Below, piece after piece: positions 39,640-50,974 of a DNA stretch of 64,000 bases. Each line of letters starts with the position of its first letter. Position 1 is the stretch's first letter. Under the pieces are notes generated by a model. It worked only from the letters and a program-made list of their open reading frames with translations. It had not been told where the DNA came from and did no database searches. A program made the translations under genes and the position numbers. Source of the DNA: Lama glama (taxonomy: Eukaryota); contig CM052817.1 of the NCBI GenBank assembly GCA_028534125.1, forward strand, positions 100,504,001 through 100,568,000, given 5' to 3'.

Positions 39640-40780
39640 ATTTTTTTTTATTATTTTTTATTTTTTTTTGGCCTTGCTTTAAAATGTATACTTTTAGAAA
39701 AGTCATGCAAAAAAAGGAAAGCATATCAAAATGCTGTACCCCTTTTCCATCCCCTCCAAGCACAAAGGCAAATATTTGTAACTTTTTCAGCTAATTCTTG
39801 AGGGATACCTTCTATCTTTTCAGAATATGCTGATCCTCTTATTTCTTAGTTTTTTTTTTCATTTTCAACATTATTAATTTCTGATTATGGTAGATGAAGA
39901 TTAAACTCTTTCCCCATCTCACTTCCCTCCCCTCCCCCGCAGACATTTTAGCACAATCGTTGATCAGTATTTATATTTTTATAACTGCATGAATGTGCTT
40001 TACTTCAGGGCTACATAGTGCATTAACGATGCTTAAGTTTTTTTTTTTTTCACATTCTATTTTGAGTTAATACTTCCCTCGCTTTCATGTGTTGTACAGC
40101 TTTTGATATATTGAAACCTTCAGATTTTTTTCTGAATTTATTATCAGTTGTCCTGATACTGAGATTTCTTTTCTCTAAATGCTCTATCACGATAGTGAGA
40201 TAATTTATCATTTCCTTTGTATTCTAAGGCCCTCCCTGCTCACATGTCATGTCATCTCGTTGACTGGTAGGTTTTGAGTCCAAATTCCTATGATCCTTGA
40301 ACTCTCTTGACCCGCTCCTGTGTTGAAATTTCCTATTTGCTGTATGCCAGGTTGTCCTCTTTTGTGATTTAATTCATTGTTCTGTAGGACCATATTGTCC
40401 ACATCTTTTTAAGAAAGAGTTTGTAAGAGGTAGTCTGTCCCTCAATTCTGCTAATTTTTCTTGTATGAATTTTTAAATAATTTATTCTGTGCTGTTTTGT
40501 TTATTGAAACTGTCATTTAGATGTCACGTCTCAGACTGATCCTCTAAGTCGTTTATGTTTCCTCTGCTAATTTCTGCCTCTTCTTTTTAACTTCTGTTTG
40601 ATTTGCTCAATTTTTATTTTCTACCCACAGTTTTTCTTTTAAAATTTCTACCACATTTTAGCTTCCAAGAGGCCTTTTAAAAGTTGCATCCTGTTCCTGT
40701 ATTATAAGATACAGTATTTTATCTTTCTGAGGGTATTAATGATAGTTCTTTTTCAAAGTTTATTTCATGGCATTCTGGGA
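39640..40780 (-). mobile_element. Ancient degenerate L1 fragment(s)
   Basis: Long T-rich tract with L1-antisense character; boundaries and family uncertain. Confidence 0.4.
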
Positions 40781-41964
40781 AAGGGTGGGAGAGAACTGCA
40801 GACTGTAACTTAATACCCATTGTCATTTCTGAGCCACACCCTCTGCTGCCTCTGCCTAAGGCTGGGAACTCAGTTTGGGCTACATGCTCTTTATAGTTCT
40901 TGTAAACGGTGTGTATGGTGGTGGTGGTGGTGGGGAGTTATACAGGTGGTCTCCTGGCTGCAAGAAGATGCTACTTGGCTCTCCTCTTCTGTTGCCCTTT
41001 TGGGATTATGCCTGTTTAATTTCTCTACTATGATTTAAATGGGTCTTTGGAGAGAAAAAGATAATTTTCATTTTGAACAGGATTACTTCCTAACAGGGGA
41101 GACTGCTCTCTTAGGTTCCTGGCACAGTTTGGAAGGTAGTTTGGGCATTGTGTTCTGGAAGTCCCAGATCAAGCTGGAAATGGTGGCCTTAAACCCAGTC
41201 ACCACTGTCTGTATTGTTAGAGGCAGTAATAATACTACAGGGACCACCACTCACTGAGTACACGATTAGCCAAGCCTGTGCCAGGTGCTTTATGTGTTAC
41301 CACCTGTAACATTCACAACTTTCTCCTTTATAGATGAAGAGGTTCAGAAAGATTAAAAAAAAAAATCTTCCAGAGTCACACAAGTGGCTGAGATGGAATT
41401 TGAATACAACTCTTGATAACAATGGGAGCTAACGTGTACTGAGGATTTACCATATATCAGTCATGAGAGGACAAAAACGTGCTCCTCGATTGCCCAGTTG
41501 TTTGGGGGACACAGTGCATCAATGGTGATTTATTTAAAAAAATTCTTGTACAACTAATGTGTCCATCTTTTGTAGAACTGGGATTTTTTTTTTCCCTAAA
41601 TGATCTGGAAACAACCTTTCTTGAATAATATGCTATTTTCCCCACTTTGCCTATATTCTCATTGCTGTGCGAATCTCTTACAGGAAGTCTTTTTAGGCAA
41701 CTCACTCTCTTTCGACTCTGCAATTAGAAAAACTGATTCCAATATTCCAATAAAAGGGGATTTATTATAGCCAAATCACACAAGAAATGACTCCATACTG
41801 TTCTTCAGGCCTCCCTTGTTGAAATCCAGGCCCTTGCCTGCTTCTGTGGCTTTATGTCGGCCCCCAGGTCCGCAAGCTGGGACCGAGGCGGCCTCATTTT
41901 CCCCTATGACCTATATGACCTGCTACACGTTCCCGTATTTGCAAGGCAGTTGTGAATCACACAT

Positions 41965-42190
41965 AATAAAGTAGATAAGGGTTTGGGCTCTTGAGTCACA
42001 AGTCCAGGTTTGAATCCCAGTTTCTCCAAGTCTTTTTTTTTTTCCCCTTTGTGGCCTTGAGCAAGTCACTTGACATCTCTGTACCTGTTCCTTCATCTGT
42101 AAAACAGGACTAATAATAATAATACATCCTGGGACAGTTGAGAAAATTAAATGAATAAATGATTTTAAAATACTCGTAACCATGCTAACC
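41965..42190 (+). mobile_element. MIR SINE (further MIR fragments at ~41230-41420 and ~42215-42350)
   Basis: GGTTTGAATCCCAG...CCTTGAGCAAGTCACTTGACATCTCTGTACCTGTTCCTTCATCTGTAAAACAGG. Confidence 0.7.
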
Positions 42191-45100
42191 ACGAGAGCAG
42201 CCAGCTACGTTATTACTGGTAATATCTACAAGCCTTTAGCGGATACTTACCAGGCATGCGCACCAGGTGCTATGCTAACTGCCTGACGTACAGCGTTTCC
42301 TGTAATCCCCACAACGCGTCACTTACAGATGAAGGGATTAGAGTTGGGAGAGGCAGAGGCGGATTTTCCTTGACGCTGATGAGGCTGAGCTTCGGGGGCC
42401 CCTCCTTTAACAGGTCCCTGTGGGAGCTGGGGGTGCTGGGAGGGGCAGGCGGGCTGGGGTCAGAAGCGCTTTTATTAAGCATGTCTGGTAATTGCCTGAA
42501 GATATCTCAGAAAAAAAGGGATCTGCATTACCAAGGCTTCAGTAAATTGCTATCTTTATCATTCTAAATATTCACTTTGGGATCTAATTTTGCAAGTTTT
42601 TTTCTTTTCTGTAAGAGGATCCTTAAGTTTACAAACTTCAGGTCCCCCATGCCCGATCTGACCCTTCCCAGAGGTGCATGCAGTTTCACTTGTAATCTCT
42701 ACACCTTGCTGTGTCCTTGCTAGATTGATTTGAGCTACTCAAAGTCACTCATAGGAATCGAGAGAAGCCTCAAATTGAAAGGCTCATGGTAGCAGGGGAC
42801 TAGCCTGTCTTGCTGACTGTATGTAATAAGGCACAAGGGTTTGCTGAAGTCTAAACAGGCTTCATCAGTATAACTTTAAAAAGTCTTGCAAGTAGCCTTC
42901 CTCTTATGGTGCGTAGTGGTATGATGTCTCTTTTATAATCTATGAATCTCCTAGAAAAACAGCAAATTGGCAATATATTTCTGTGGCCTATTATATATGA
43001 ACCTTTGACTTGCAAGAGTGATTTCAACATCATTTTTCTTTTGCAGAGCATGAGTGCTGGAGCAAAACAAAACCCAAAGATAAATAGCCATCATAGGTTT
43101 TGCCATGATAGATTTTCCAAAGCAAAGAATGAAACATCAAAATGTCCACTCAGTGCTTCCTTGTCCTTAAGAATCCTGGGGAGAATCAGATCACCTGAAA
43201 TAGAAACTCTGCTATTTTTATACCCAATTGCAAACTGGGAAGTCGCCAGGCTTTCGTCTCAGCTATGAGTCTTCCTAGGAACTGGATCTAGAATTTATTT
43301 ATACTTTACACTTTGGAGAAGGGTGCATTCTGAGTCCTTGCAGCTTTTGGGGCTTCTCCTTTTTTTGATGAACTTTTGAAATTACCTTTTGATATTTCTG
43401 GTCTCTTCCACCCAGAAAAAGAAGGTAGCAGAGGAAAGAAGTTGGCAAGAACCTCCCTCATTTGGACATAACTAGTATTAACCGGGTGGACAATGTGTTG
43501 CTGGTGAACAATGCCATGCTATGTTTGTCTGCAGTTTAAATCAACGGCTGGCACTCTCCAGAACGGGGGTGGGGGGTGGGGGGAGGTGTTGGGTGCAGCC
43601 AAAGTGGATCTAACTTAAAATTCATCTCCTGGGCAGTAGACAATGCCAAAATAAAAAACTGTGCACCAGCTTTTCAAATTACCACATAGTAGCTTAATGC
43701 AGGACTCCAGGAACATTGTGTAAACACCCCCCCCCCGCTTTCACACAGAGGCCATATCATGGAAAAGAATTAGCAATCTCCCCTTGGCGACCAACACCTT
43801 CCCTTTATATGGTCCATTTCTTTATTTTCATGGATGAAGAAGGGAAAGGCTTAATGGAAATATTATGCCTCACTGAGAACAAGCAGCTTATTCCCAGGTG
43901 CCCATATATTCCTGTGTATGTGTTATGTACACACACACACATAATCTATCTCCAAAATGCAGTGAGGCACGGAACCTTAAAACAACCTGCGTCAGAAGCA
44001 TTTATTCAAATTCATTCATCAGCAACACTAAGCCACTCACACGAGGTAGAATTACAAATGGCTTTACAAAACAGGAGGTTCGCCTAGAACTGCTGTAAGA
44101 GACAAGAAGGTCGAATCTTTCATTGCTGATGAATCTGACAGAGGACAGTTTACCATCCTGACTAATTTTAAGGGGGTGGTGGATGACTGACAGAAGGAAA
44201 GTGAGTAGGGCCACGCCTGAGGGAAGGAGTCAGAAACAACGTTACGTGAATCCACTCCTGCTATGCACAGTGGCTTGTTTCTAGTTTCTATTAATGTGGG
44301 ATGTCAGGGGTCGCAGGAGCCAGGACAGAGCTGGGCAGCCTCTGCCAGGCATCTCTCTCCACCTCAGAGTCTTTGTTGCACAAAGCGCAATGAGCGCATC
44401 AGGGAAAACAGTGTGGAAGACAAGGCACAGCCTGGGTCTGGGGAAGCTGCCCTCCATCCCGGCTCACTTCAGGGAAGAGAAAGGCACAGAGGTGTCTTGA
44501 CTGTCGTTACTTGATCGCAGCCTTCAACCAGTTCAGAGTCGAAAGGAGACCCTGTAACAGACTGGCTCACAAGGCAGAGAAAATGGCTTAAAACATTCAC
44601 ATTAATACAATTAACTAAATGTCAATTACTTTTTGAAATTAAACAAATAGGTTGAAACACTTACTTAAACACTGGGCTGTACTAGCTGTTGCAAATGAAT
44701 TAAATAGCTCTGGTGTCTTATACAGCAGTGAGGGAGTTTCCAGTTGTCAAAATTATAAACAATTCCAATTTAAAAAGGAGATAGTAAACCCTCTTTGCTC
44801 AGTTCAGCAAGTATTTACTGAGCACCTGTTCCAGGCTTTCATGGGTTACTACGTGCCCTAATTTTAGTTTTAGTCCCAGGCAATGTTTGATCTTTGGGAA
44901 CTTGTAACACCTGAATGTGAGGACTGCCTTTTTTCTGGTGTGAAGAGTGGAAAATTCACAGTTATATAAGGTGGTGAATTTCTTCATGAAGGAGGCCACA
45001 AAGCAGGGTTCCCTTTGTGTCCTTTCTTACTTCAATGATGATACTTTAATTCCTTCAGGAGGAGGTTAATACTTTCCCTTTCAGGAACAGATCCCCTGTA

Positions 45101-45649
45101 ATGAAGAGTATTCATTTATTCATAAATAATATTTAATGAACACCTAAGTATATTCAAAATCACTGCTAGGTGCTCCATACCTGTCTATCTCCCAAGATTT
45201 CTGTAAGACTCAAATGAGAAATCTATGTGACTCCACTTAAAAAATGTCAATTGCTATATATAGAGACATGCTATTTTTATTACATACCTGAATGAGTCAC
45301 AAATACATTCAACTGTGCCTAAATAGAGCAAGTTATCTGGGCCTATTTTCTTTAATAGTGGCTACCACTTAATTGAGCTACAAGTGCCATCAGTATGCTT
45401 GGTGCTTTATAGCATTTCATTTAATCCCCACAAGAACCTAAGGAGGTGGGCATTCTCTGCACGCTAGATCTGATGACTAGACAGATAAGCAGACAGAGGT
45501 GGACCTGGGTTCAGGCTTGTCTGTCTGTGAACTCATGCTCTTCTATAAGGTATGTTTATTTTTATAGATGACGTCGTTCTTCAATAGCATTGTAGTTAAG
45601 CCACAATTACATTACGAAAAATCAAGCAGTTCAAGACTGCCAGGTAGAA

Positions 45650-46460
45650 TGACAACTTCCGGATCAATCCGCGGCGTCAGCGTGAACAGCAGTGACTGCT
45701 CTGGGTTACGCCCTGTTGACCCTAAAGCAGGCGGGGCCGCTGGCCGGCACTTTACCGCCTAATGAGATTTTTGCCCCGTGCTCATTAGCCTCGCGGTCTT
45801 TCGGTCTTTTCCCCTAACCCGTCGCTTCTCTCTGACGTTCTCGTGCTTGTAACAGGCTGTGGCCTAATAAACCAAATCACCAAAGGCACTGCGACGGTCT
45901 CCAGGGCAGCGCTTCCCCGAGCTGTGCCCGTGACCGGCCCGGTGAGCTCCCTTACGCGCTGGCTCCTGCGCCCTCGTCCCTGATGTTCTGATGCAGCAGC
46001 TTTAGGGGAGCGAGGCCCCGGAAGCGCTGCCCTAGGAGTGAAGAACACGGACTTCGGGATTGCATCCGTATGTAAGTTTTCGATGTTCACCTCTGGCCTG
46101 GAGAGTTGGGATTCCTGGAGACAGTTGGGGGTCGGGGGAAACCGCTATCTGAGAGGCTACCTAATTTGAATAACTGAACTTCAGTTTTTTCCCACTTAAT
46201 GTATAAAAGACTAGATTGATTTACTACAACGGTGACAAAAGAGCCCGGAACCACAAAGTACCACAAAAATGCCCTTTTCCCTTCAAAGCCTTGCTTTAGT
46301 CTGTCAAAACTCTCGGCTTCTTCCTTCTTTCTTACAGGGCAGAGTCCTGGTGCTCGGCTGGTTAATCTGACTTCTGACAAACACCCAACCCGCGCGGGCC
46401 GCCGTCTTGCCCTCCTCTTTAAAGTGGAGATAACAGTGCGTGCTTCTCGGGCGGTGGGAG
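45650..46460. promoter_or_regulatory. CpG-rich island-like segment downstream of the FBXW7 poly(A) site
   Basis: Visibly high CpG density versus flanks; ETS-like ACTTCCGG 45655-45662 and CCGGAAGC 46018-46025; GC box GGCGGGGC 45730-45737. Confidence 0.5.
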
Positions 46461-46869
46461 CTTCAGAGAGAATGCATAGAAAGTTCCTGGTAAGTACGTG
46501 ATATGTGGTCAAATTGGAAAAATGAATTTTTTTATCGGAATTCTAGTTGTAACTTCCACAAAAGTTTGATAGCTCGCTGAGGGACCGGAGTTCATAGGTA
46601 ACACAACCCGACGGGAACAGGGGAAGCCCAGTGCGGTGTTTCCCTCTGGACAGCCTGTGAGATAAATGCAGTTTGCATTTTCAGCTCACTGTTCTCACTT
46701 CAGCTGCAGGAAACAGGCCTGGAAGCATCGATTTCTATGCCACGCTACAGGGGATGCAAAGGAACCAGGACTTTGCTCTTTTAAATGTCAGAGACAAACC
46801 CTAAATATTTATAACGAAGTGTTATCACCTCAGTGGAAGAAACAGGCATACTAACATGAAAAAACACAT

Positions 46870-46875
46870 TTTATT
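46870..46875 (-). terminator. Polyadenylation signal AATAAA of FBXW7
   Basis: Minus strand AAGTGCAATAAAATGTGTTTTTTCATGTTAGTATGCCTGTTTCTT: canonical hexamer followed by U/GU-rich sequence. Confidence 0.85.
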
Positions 46876-48373
46876 GCACTTAAGTTATAAGAAAATAAAA
46901 TTTCTAAGTGAATCAAACCATAGACACAATCCCTTTAAAGGTTGTTTTCCTCCATCATGTCAGGTTGTTACATAACTAAAATTAACCAAGTTGAATCTGA
47001 TTGTTTTAAATCAGACTATAAATAAAACAAACAAAAAAAATAAACAGGAGGAGGAAAAAAAAAGATCACCTACGATACAGTGTTAAACCACTTTCACAGT
47101 TCAGCTTGAGTTGTGGCTCTTGGAGAATGAGGCAAACCATTTGACTTTTTCATTCATTTCGCTTGTTTGCATGTGACGCCTTTACTACAAAAACTGGATC
47201 GTTTCTGCTTTGTCAGTTACTCAGAGCAATAAAACTGTAACAGTTGTTTTCCCAAATACTGTAAAACACTAAGACTGACCAGCAACTTTAATTTTGTGTT
47301 TTATGGATTTTTAAAATATTTTGTCAGTTTTCTGATGTACGTTCATCCATTCACCACAGCCCTCAAAAAGAAAGGTCTCTCCGCAGAACAGGCGGCAACA
47401 GCTCTGTTCCAAGGAATGTGTTTTAATTTTTGCCCAGATAAAAGAAAATAAGCTTTGCACACACTCTCAATTCTTTACTTGCAGGCAAACTTCACTCTTT
47501 ATTTTCTGAAACTCTCCCATTCTCAGCCTCTTAGAGGCACAGATGGTTCAAGTTTCAGTGGCAAAAAGTCTTTTTTTTTTTCCGTAACCAAACTAGAGCA
47601 AATTTGGAATTCAGTCTGGGACTAAAACGTCACAGCAGAAAAAAAATAAAAAAAAATAATTTGCTTTTTTTTTTTTCTTTCTTTCATTTAGCAGCATAAA
47701 TAAGTTTGGCCACTGGGAGTACAGTACAGGGGTGGGACAACGATCCCAGATGTGAAGACCTACTTCTAGCACCAGCATCAAGAATTACATCCATCTCGGG
47801 ACTCACAGAACCCAGGACAACTTGCCACCTTTGAGCAACGTATGCACTGAAGAGTGTATGTGGAAGCGACAGTAATAGATTAACAGAGACTAATACTGTG
47901 ATTGATTGACATTGGCAATGGTTGGCAAAAAAAAAAAAAAAAAGAGCTTTTCATGATAACTGTACAAAAACAATTCACAGTAATTGTTTCTTTTTCAGCT
48001 TTTCCACTCCAGAAAAATGACTTTTTGTTGCAGATGCTCTCTGATTAGAAAGTCAGCGGGTACTGTTTGGACGTTACTGCAGCTTCCTTCCAGGTCTCAG
48101 TGGTAAAAGAACAGGCGAGTGGAATCTGGAAGGACGCTCCAGCGTGGACACTGCCCGGCGACCACTGGAGAAGAAAATAAAGAAATAATTGCACCTGGTT
48201 TGATTTAGAAAGTCTCCTTCTGCAAAGCTGCCCTCCGTCAAAGTGGAGCCCCTTCCGTGACGACGGCGGTGCCTCTCCTGTCAGCTGCGGTTCGTCCTCT
48301 CTTCCTTCTGAGTCCGTAGGTCTTTTCACTCTGTTGCCCCAAGCCAACATCCTGCACCACTGAGAACAAGGGA

Positions 48374-48435
48374 TTTTTTTTTTTCTTTTTCTTTTTCTTT
48401 TCTTTTTTCTTTTTTTCTTTTTTTTTTTTTCTTTT
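48374..48435 (-). repeat. A-rich (GAAAAA)n tract in proximal FBXW7 3'UTR
   Basis: Plus strand T/CTTTTT run of about 62 nt. Confidence 0.92.
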
Positions 48436-48496
48436 GCAGGGGGAAGGGCTGGGGGTACGTCGCCTGCATGTCCGGACGGGCCGTCTTTCCCGCTCC

Positions 48497-48765
48497 TCAC
48501 TTCATGTCCACGTCAAAGTCCAGCACCAGCAGCTTGGTTTCCTCCGTCCCATTGCGACTCCCGACTGCACACACCAGCTTTGTGTTCGAGGCTCTGATCC
48601 GCCACACAACTCCCCCGCTCCCCCCACTCTCCAATGTGACTAGGTTGCGAATAAATTCACCCGTTTTCAAGTCCCAGAGTTTTACAGTTCCGTCATCTGA
48701 GCTGGTAATGACAAAGTTCTTGTTGAACTGTAAACAGGTCACAGCACTCTGATGCTTGTTGGGAC
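48497..48765 (-). CDS. FBXW7: FBXW7 last coding exon, coding part including TGA
   Basis: (G)PNKHQSAVTCLQFNKNFVITSSDDGTVKLWDLKTGEFIRNLVTLESGGSGGVVWRIRASNTKLVCAVGSRNGTEETKLLVLDFDVDMK*; acceptor cctag; 269 nt. Confidence 0.98.
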
Positions 48766-49858
48766 CTAGGCCAAACCAAAGGAATTTAATTACTGACTAG
48801 AAACCATGGCTATGGGTTAGTGACATTGTACTTTGCAGGCTTCTACATTGGAACACACAATAAATGAAATATTTAAAATGCTGCACATTTAGAAACCACG
48901 TTCTGAGTATTTTGGGATCTGCGGGGATGTAAGAAAATCTGGTAGCTGTTTGTAACTGAAACATTCATTTTTGAGGGTTCTGTCTTCCAGGAAGTGTGGT
49001 TTAGCTACCAGGCCCACATTCTGTTTTCTGGCTGTGTGACTGAGCACTTTTCTTGGTGGTGATGTAGAGAGTCCAGTTTCATGTGTTCTGCTCATGGACA
49101 AGTGAGCATAAGAGATCTATGACCCTACTGCTTTGGACTGATTAGTCAGAGGCTGAATGGACACTACTCCAAAACACTAAGTGACACAGTCAAGGAGTTA
49201 AAAGACTGCAATACAGCCCACCAGATGGCCTGACTGAAAACACCCCGCTTTCTAAGGGCTGTGACCAATAAAAAGAAGTCAGTCATGATACAAGCAGTTA
49301 ACACTGCTGTGCCTCAGTTGACTTCAGTGGCTTTCATGTGTTTCTTCCTCTAGTTTATTAGTGGGCACTGTTCCTCGTTCCCATTCTAGTTAAGCAGATG
49401 GTTAAGGGTTGAAGTTGAGGCCAAAGCAATTTTCTATCAGATTAGAGATGCCTTTTGTTTTTGTTCTTTTTCAGTAAGGCAGCTCTTTAATTTCTTTAAT
49501 TTAAAATTGGACTACAAATTCAAAATTAAATGATCACTCAAAAAATAAAATGAGTGTGCTGCTTCTGTAATACAGCCAAGATCTCTCTTCACATTGTTCG
49601 TTAAGGTTAGGGAGAGCTAACTGGACATGCAGGAAGTGATTAAAGAATTTCGTGTTAAAAACACAATTTAAAACACCTTCTCAGGGGTCGCCTAGTTCCG
49701 CCAAGTCCGAGTGAAAACGCTCATAAACTTGTCCAAAAGAAGCACTTGCATTTTGTAGGAGGTTAATTCTTTTCGTGACCCACAAGCTCCACATTCCTCT
49801 TTTGACCGACAATCTCACTTTTAAGGAACACGACTAAAGGTGGGTAGCCAATATTTAC

Positions 49859-50069
49859 CTTGCAATGTTTGTAAACACTGTCCTGTTTTGATATCCCAGA
49901 TTTTAACTGTCGAATCTGCATTCCCAGAGACAAGAATATTGTCTTTGAGTTCCATTCCACTTGTTAACGACTGGTGTCCTGTTAACGTGTGAATGCAATT
50001 CCCTGTCTCCACATCCCAAACGCGGATTGACGTATCAAGAGATCCACTCACCACATGGATGCCATCAAA
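49859..50069 (-). CDS. FBXW7: FBXW7 penultimate coding exon (WD40)
   Basis: [71 protein letters not shown]; acceptor ttgtag, donor G|gtaaat; 211 nt. Confidence 0.98.
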
Positions 50070-50974
50070 CTACAACAGACACAGGTTGTTAGACCAGAAG
50101 TGTAGATACTCTCGATGTTATTTCTCCCTAATCCTAAAGGGGAGGGAGCACAGCATGAGAAACGGGTCACGACAGGCACAGAACGAGGTGCTGGGAGAAA
50201 GCGTGTGCAGACAAGCAACTCTACAGTCATGTTCTCGGGAGCTTTTATCAGAAATGCTAATTTTTTATGGCCAGTGGCTTCAAACTAGATGCAGAAACAA
50301 TTAAAAAAAAAACACCTGAAATGAACATATTTTCAGATCAGGCCCCATAGGCTACATGTGAATGATCTGATACAGACTGCCATTTGAGGTTTACTTCACT
50401 ACTGATGTGGTCTGTGATAAAGAGGGTGCTTATCAACTCCTAGAGCATGAAAAGGGCTAGACATAACTTTTATGATGTTTAAAAGTAAGTTCCATTAAAA
50501 ACTGTATATAAAATAAAAATTTCATTTACAAGAACCTAATGCTATTTAGGAAATGTGCCAACAGATCATTATATCTGGAAATAGCTGAAGTGGCATTTTG
50601 ATAACAAAGCAAACTGTATCTAGCACCTCTTCTCCAGCTTCCCAGCTACACCGAAGTCAATAAATATCCATCAATTCCCAGATCTGTCATAATGCCGCTA
50701 CCTCTTTTCTCAATCTAATGGTTTATTTAAATGAGATCATTATATGCATTAATGTTCTGAACATACTGCAAAACACAAAAACAACTGCAGCTAATTCCCT
50801 GCCCTCCGAGTATCAGACACCTTTGCTGTATGTCGGTACTTCATGACAGACACTGTTCTATCCGTTAAGACACCAATACCCCAAACACAGAACTGTGAGC
50901 ACTGGGACTATGTACTAATTTGCTGATCACTAATAGGCAGTAACTGGTACCAAATATATAAGTAACAGGAAATA

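Larger units (their letters stand above)
46850..48496 (-). other. FBXW7: FBXW7 3'UTR (3' end approximate)
   Basis: Follows the stop codon; no interspersed repeat recognised; U-rich with many miRNA seed matches; ends about 15-25 nt after AATAAA. Confidence 0.85.

Noticed and set aside
45759..45788. CTAATGAG/CTCATTAG inverted repeat as an ncRNA hairpin
   Set aside because: An 8-bp stem is expected by chance in 64 kb and is too short for a pre-miRNA
48045..48500. 151-aa ORF with a poly-Lys/Arg run
   Set aside because: Out-of-frame translation of the FBXW7 3'UTR A-rich tract; starts at GTG overlapping the stop codon
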